Part shown: piece by piece, positions 61,116 through 64,000 of the stretch | Position numbering within the stretch: the stretch's first letter is position 1 | How the letters are laid out: every line of letters begins with the position of its first letter | Source: Fistulifera solaris | Lineage: Eukaryota | Direction of reading: 5' to 3' | DNA: 64,000 bases | Assembly: GCA_030295235.1 (NCBI GenBank) | Contig: AP026164.1 | Span: forward strand, 1,922,001-1,986,000 | Position numbers and translations under genes: made by a program | Notes under the pieces: generated by a model | What the model was told of the DNA's origin: nothing | Database searches by the model: none | The model's input: the letters and a program-made list of their open reading frames with translations, nothing else

Positions 61116-62802
61116 ATGGCATACCGTACCTTGTGCTGGATCGTTTTGCTGCGTATTGTTTCACTTCCAGGATTTTGGTGTCATTCCGTTGCTACCGAGA
61201 ACGCCGCAACACAAGCAGCTCTACGTTTGCTTCAAGACGAAGGATTTCATATCTGCTCTCACGTACCGTATCCAAATGTTGAGCTATGTGACTTTGCATT
61301 CCAACTTCGACGACATTCACCTCCCCGACGTTTAGAAGAGACCGCGGTCGACGAGGCTCCTTGGTATTTTAACTTACTCGCAGCCGGATTCTGCGTTTCT
61401 TTAGCCGCAGTGGCAGCAGGTCTGACACTTGGTATGTTAGCCATGGATCCCTTGATGTTACTCATCAAAGAACGGGCTGGTGAAACAGAAGAAGAACGCA
61501 AAATGGCCAGTACGCTGTTACCGATTGTGAATCAGCATCATCGACTGCTAGTGACACTCCTCCTCATGAATTCCATTGCGAATGAAGCCTTGCCCATTTT
61601 TCTGGAAGCGTTGGTTCCTCCTTCCGTGGCCATTCTCCTGTCAGTCACGATGGTGTTGTTTTTTGGAGAAATAATCCCTTCGGCCATATTTACTGGACCT
61701 AACCAGTTGAAGTTGGCTCATCGCCTGGTTCCATTGGTGCATTTGGCATTATTTTTGCTGTACCCCATCGCTGGACCGATCGCCAAAATTCTCGATCATG
61801 TTCTGCACGATGAAGACGGTGATCCACATGGATACAATCGGGGCGAACTCGCCGCACTCATTCGCATCAATTACGAACAAAGGCTAGCGCAGAAGCGCAC
61901 GAAGCGAAATCAACGGGACAATATGGCTATGGTGGTACAAGGGGAGCGCGTGGGTGCTTTGGATTTTACTTCAACTCGTAGCTTGACATCTTTCGACAAT
62001 TCCAAAAGTATGCGTGCTGCAACGAATCAATTGACACGCACTGAAGGCAACGATGCGGCGTTCGCCCCAATCAAAAGCTCCAGTGAACCCATCCTTATAA
62101 CAAGATCACCTAGTTTTCATCTAGATGAAGTTCTAATGGCCGAAGGTGCGTTGCAAATGAAGACCAAAGTTGCCTATGATGTGTTCACTCCTCTTCGCAA
62201 GGTCTTTTCGGTTCCAATTGACATGGTACTATCGGAACGAAATCTTGTCAACATATATGCATCGGGTTACACTCGAGTCCCCGTTCACGCTGCGGATAAT
62301 AAATCGGCGATACTTGGAGTCATGCTAACTAAGCAACTCATTGTAGTTGATGGAAAAGACAAAAGGCCACTCAGCACGTTGCCATTACGCATTCCAAATT
62401 GTGTGAGTCCTACGATGCCGTTAGTTAATCTACTCAATCTGCTGCAAATGGGAGGCGAAAAAGGGAGGGGTGGTCACATGGCTCTAATTTGCGCCAGACC
62501 TGACGTTGGAAACAGAGCCCTTTCTTTAGGACAGGCAGTGCCCGAGACAGCAGGTTTAATAGGCATCGTCACTTTAGAAGATATCTTGGAGGCCTTATTG
62601 CAAGAGCAAATTTATGACGAAATGGACGCAAGAGAACGAGCAGCTTTGCGACTTGCCAGGATGGTAGTGAAAAGTGGCGGAAATATGTTCGTACAAGAAA
62701 ATCCAAAACGCTGATACCGTCACAAAACAATCCCGCTCTCGTATCGGTGGTACAAACAGTAGTGGCAAAGAGGCCGCGGACGAGAGAACAGCGCTCTTGT
62801 AG
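61116..62802 (+). CDS. CNNM/DUF21 plus CBS-pair metal transporter (MAM3-like)
   Basis: AGLTLGML, HHRLLVTLLLMNSIANEALPIFL, FGEIIPSA, GYTRVPV and GIVTLEDILE motifs. C-terminus probably extends through indels to DERTALL* at 62802. Confidence 0.92.
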
Positions 62803-62852
62803 ATACTTGTACTCCTCTGATAGTCCTCGATTGACTCCTGAGAAGGTTTCGA

Positions 62853-64000
62853 CTATTTACACGGCGGAGATTTACGTCGCTGTGTAGTCTTCCGTTTAGG
62901 TGGTGCAGTGGAGTCCTCATCTCCCTCGCTTCCTTTTTGATAGGCGGCCCCAGGTTTTCGTCCTAAACCAGGCGTATCACTAAACGATCTATATTTCCCA
63001 TCTGTTGCACTAAAGGCTGGCATTCCAACGTAGTTCCGCATTTCGCCGGTGAAAAATGGGATCGCCCAACCACTACCACAGTCCCCTCGTCGAAATCGTC
63101 ATCTTCTGAGAGCCACTTATCCAGCTTAGCCGATATATCGTCCGAGGCAACCTTCTTTTGACGATATCGTTCAGCCAAGACATTACCTTCTGTTTTTGAA
63201 ATGTTGTATCCACCACTTATGCCACGTTCACAAAGAAGGTTGACCATCTCCTGATTTAGCTCATCATCCATGGCTTCTTCTTCGCCTACTAACATAACTA
63301 AAGCATCGCAACCGAACTGGTTCACATTCAGTCGCCATTCCTCATCATTTCTACCCCATGCATTGCCCGACTGATATGATTTCTGATGAAACATCATGTA
63401 TTCACGGTTGTCTAGGTAGTCGTGCTCCACTGCTTCAGTCGTTAAACCAGCAATCTTTTCATCCTTACTCGCACCGGAGGATACTAAATGAAGGTCGGTT
63501 ACCTCGAAGGTGAGAGGCTCCCAAAGCGCACGTAGTTTTCTGGCTGTCTCCATGGCACTTGTTACTGTATGAAAGGCAGCAATAGGGACGAGAGGTCGGA
63601 AAACATCTTCATCCAAACTTTGTAAAACCGATTTTGGCAGTCGTAATGCACCAGAGACTGTGCTACTGGGAGAATACGCGCCGGTAAAGAAAGACCGTTC
63701 ATCCTTGTTTTGAAAAAGTCCCTCGATTATTTTTTCTGCGAAGGTCCTTGAGTTTCTCCTTGCTTTCTGGGTCTGGCTCCAAAACAACTACAGTCGGCCC
63801 GTTAAACTCTTCGTACATTTGCTTTTGCTTCTGTAGCAAGGCTCTCGCATTGCTTCTTTTGGGATTTGTGCCGTTTTCATTCTCGGTTTCTACAGTTGTT
63901 TCACCATTTCCGGCCATCCTGTCTTTCCTTTTCTCACGCCCGATCCTTTCTTCTCTCGCGATCAATTCCTGGATGGCTCGATCTTCTTCACTCATTGGAA
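62853..64000 (-). CDS. Protein of unknown function, 5'-partial
   Basis: ORFs 63699-63995, 62963-63787 and 62853-63041 chain through homopolymer indels into one protein-like sequence. Confidence 0.65.

Noticed and set aside
1..64000. Host genes as pseudogenes or programmed frameshift cases
   Set aside because: Catalytic motifs are intact and breaks cluster in homopolymers, so sequencing error is the simpler explanation.

Overview
Compact eukaryotic nuclear DNA, very probably from a pennate diatom. Evidence: bipartite signal peptides with ASAFAP-type motifs, 63-106 nt GT-AG introns, a CoDi-type copia element and diatom-type secreted and LRR proteins. The window holds about 16 host genes: VDL, RCCR-like, an LRR membrane protein, a CoA-binding protein, PP2C-cNMP, MEMO1, a UVR/coiled-coil protein, a ~7,200-aa secreted P/S/T mucin-like protein, a CDPK-like kinase, a GPI-type lysyl oxidase, a membrane protein, a small coiled-coil protein, NOL9/Grc3, a plastid ABCD transporter, CNNM and one partial gene. 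It also holds one full-length, recently inserted Ty1/copia retrotransposon (10776-17113). Many genes carry single-base indels, mostly in homopolymers, so the assembly looks unpolished and ORF breaks should not be read as pseudogenes. Main leads: (1) the copia element has ACAG...CTGT LTR ends with a 4-bp target duplication, and gag and pol are in frame across one UGA in the UGA-CUAG readthrough context; (2) the giant mucin has periodic E-K-S/E-K-A and KGGAK lysine motifs and lies ~5 kb from an intact surface lysyl oxidase, a possible matrix cross-linking system; (3) a coiled-coil protein carries both tepsin-type AP-4 ear-binding motifs; (4) there is a twice-occurring 19-bp inverted-repeat element and a candidate structured RNA. 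All family calls come from motif recognition, not database searches.
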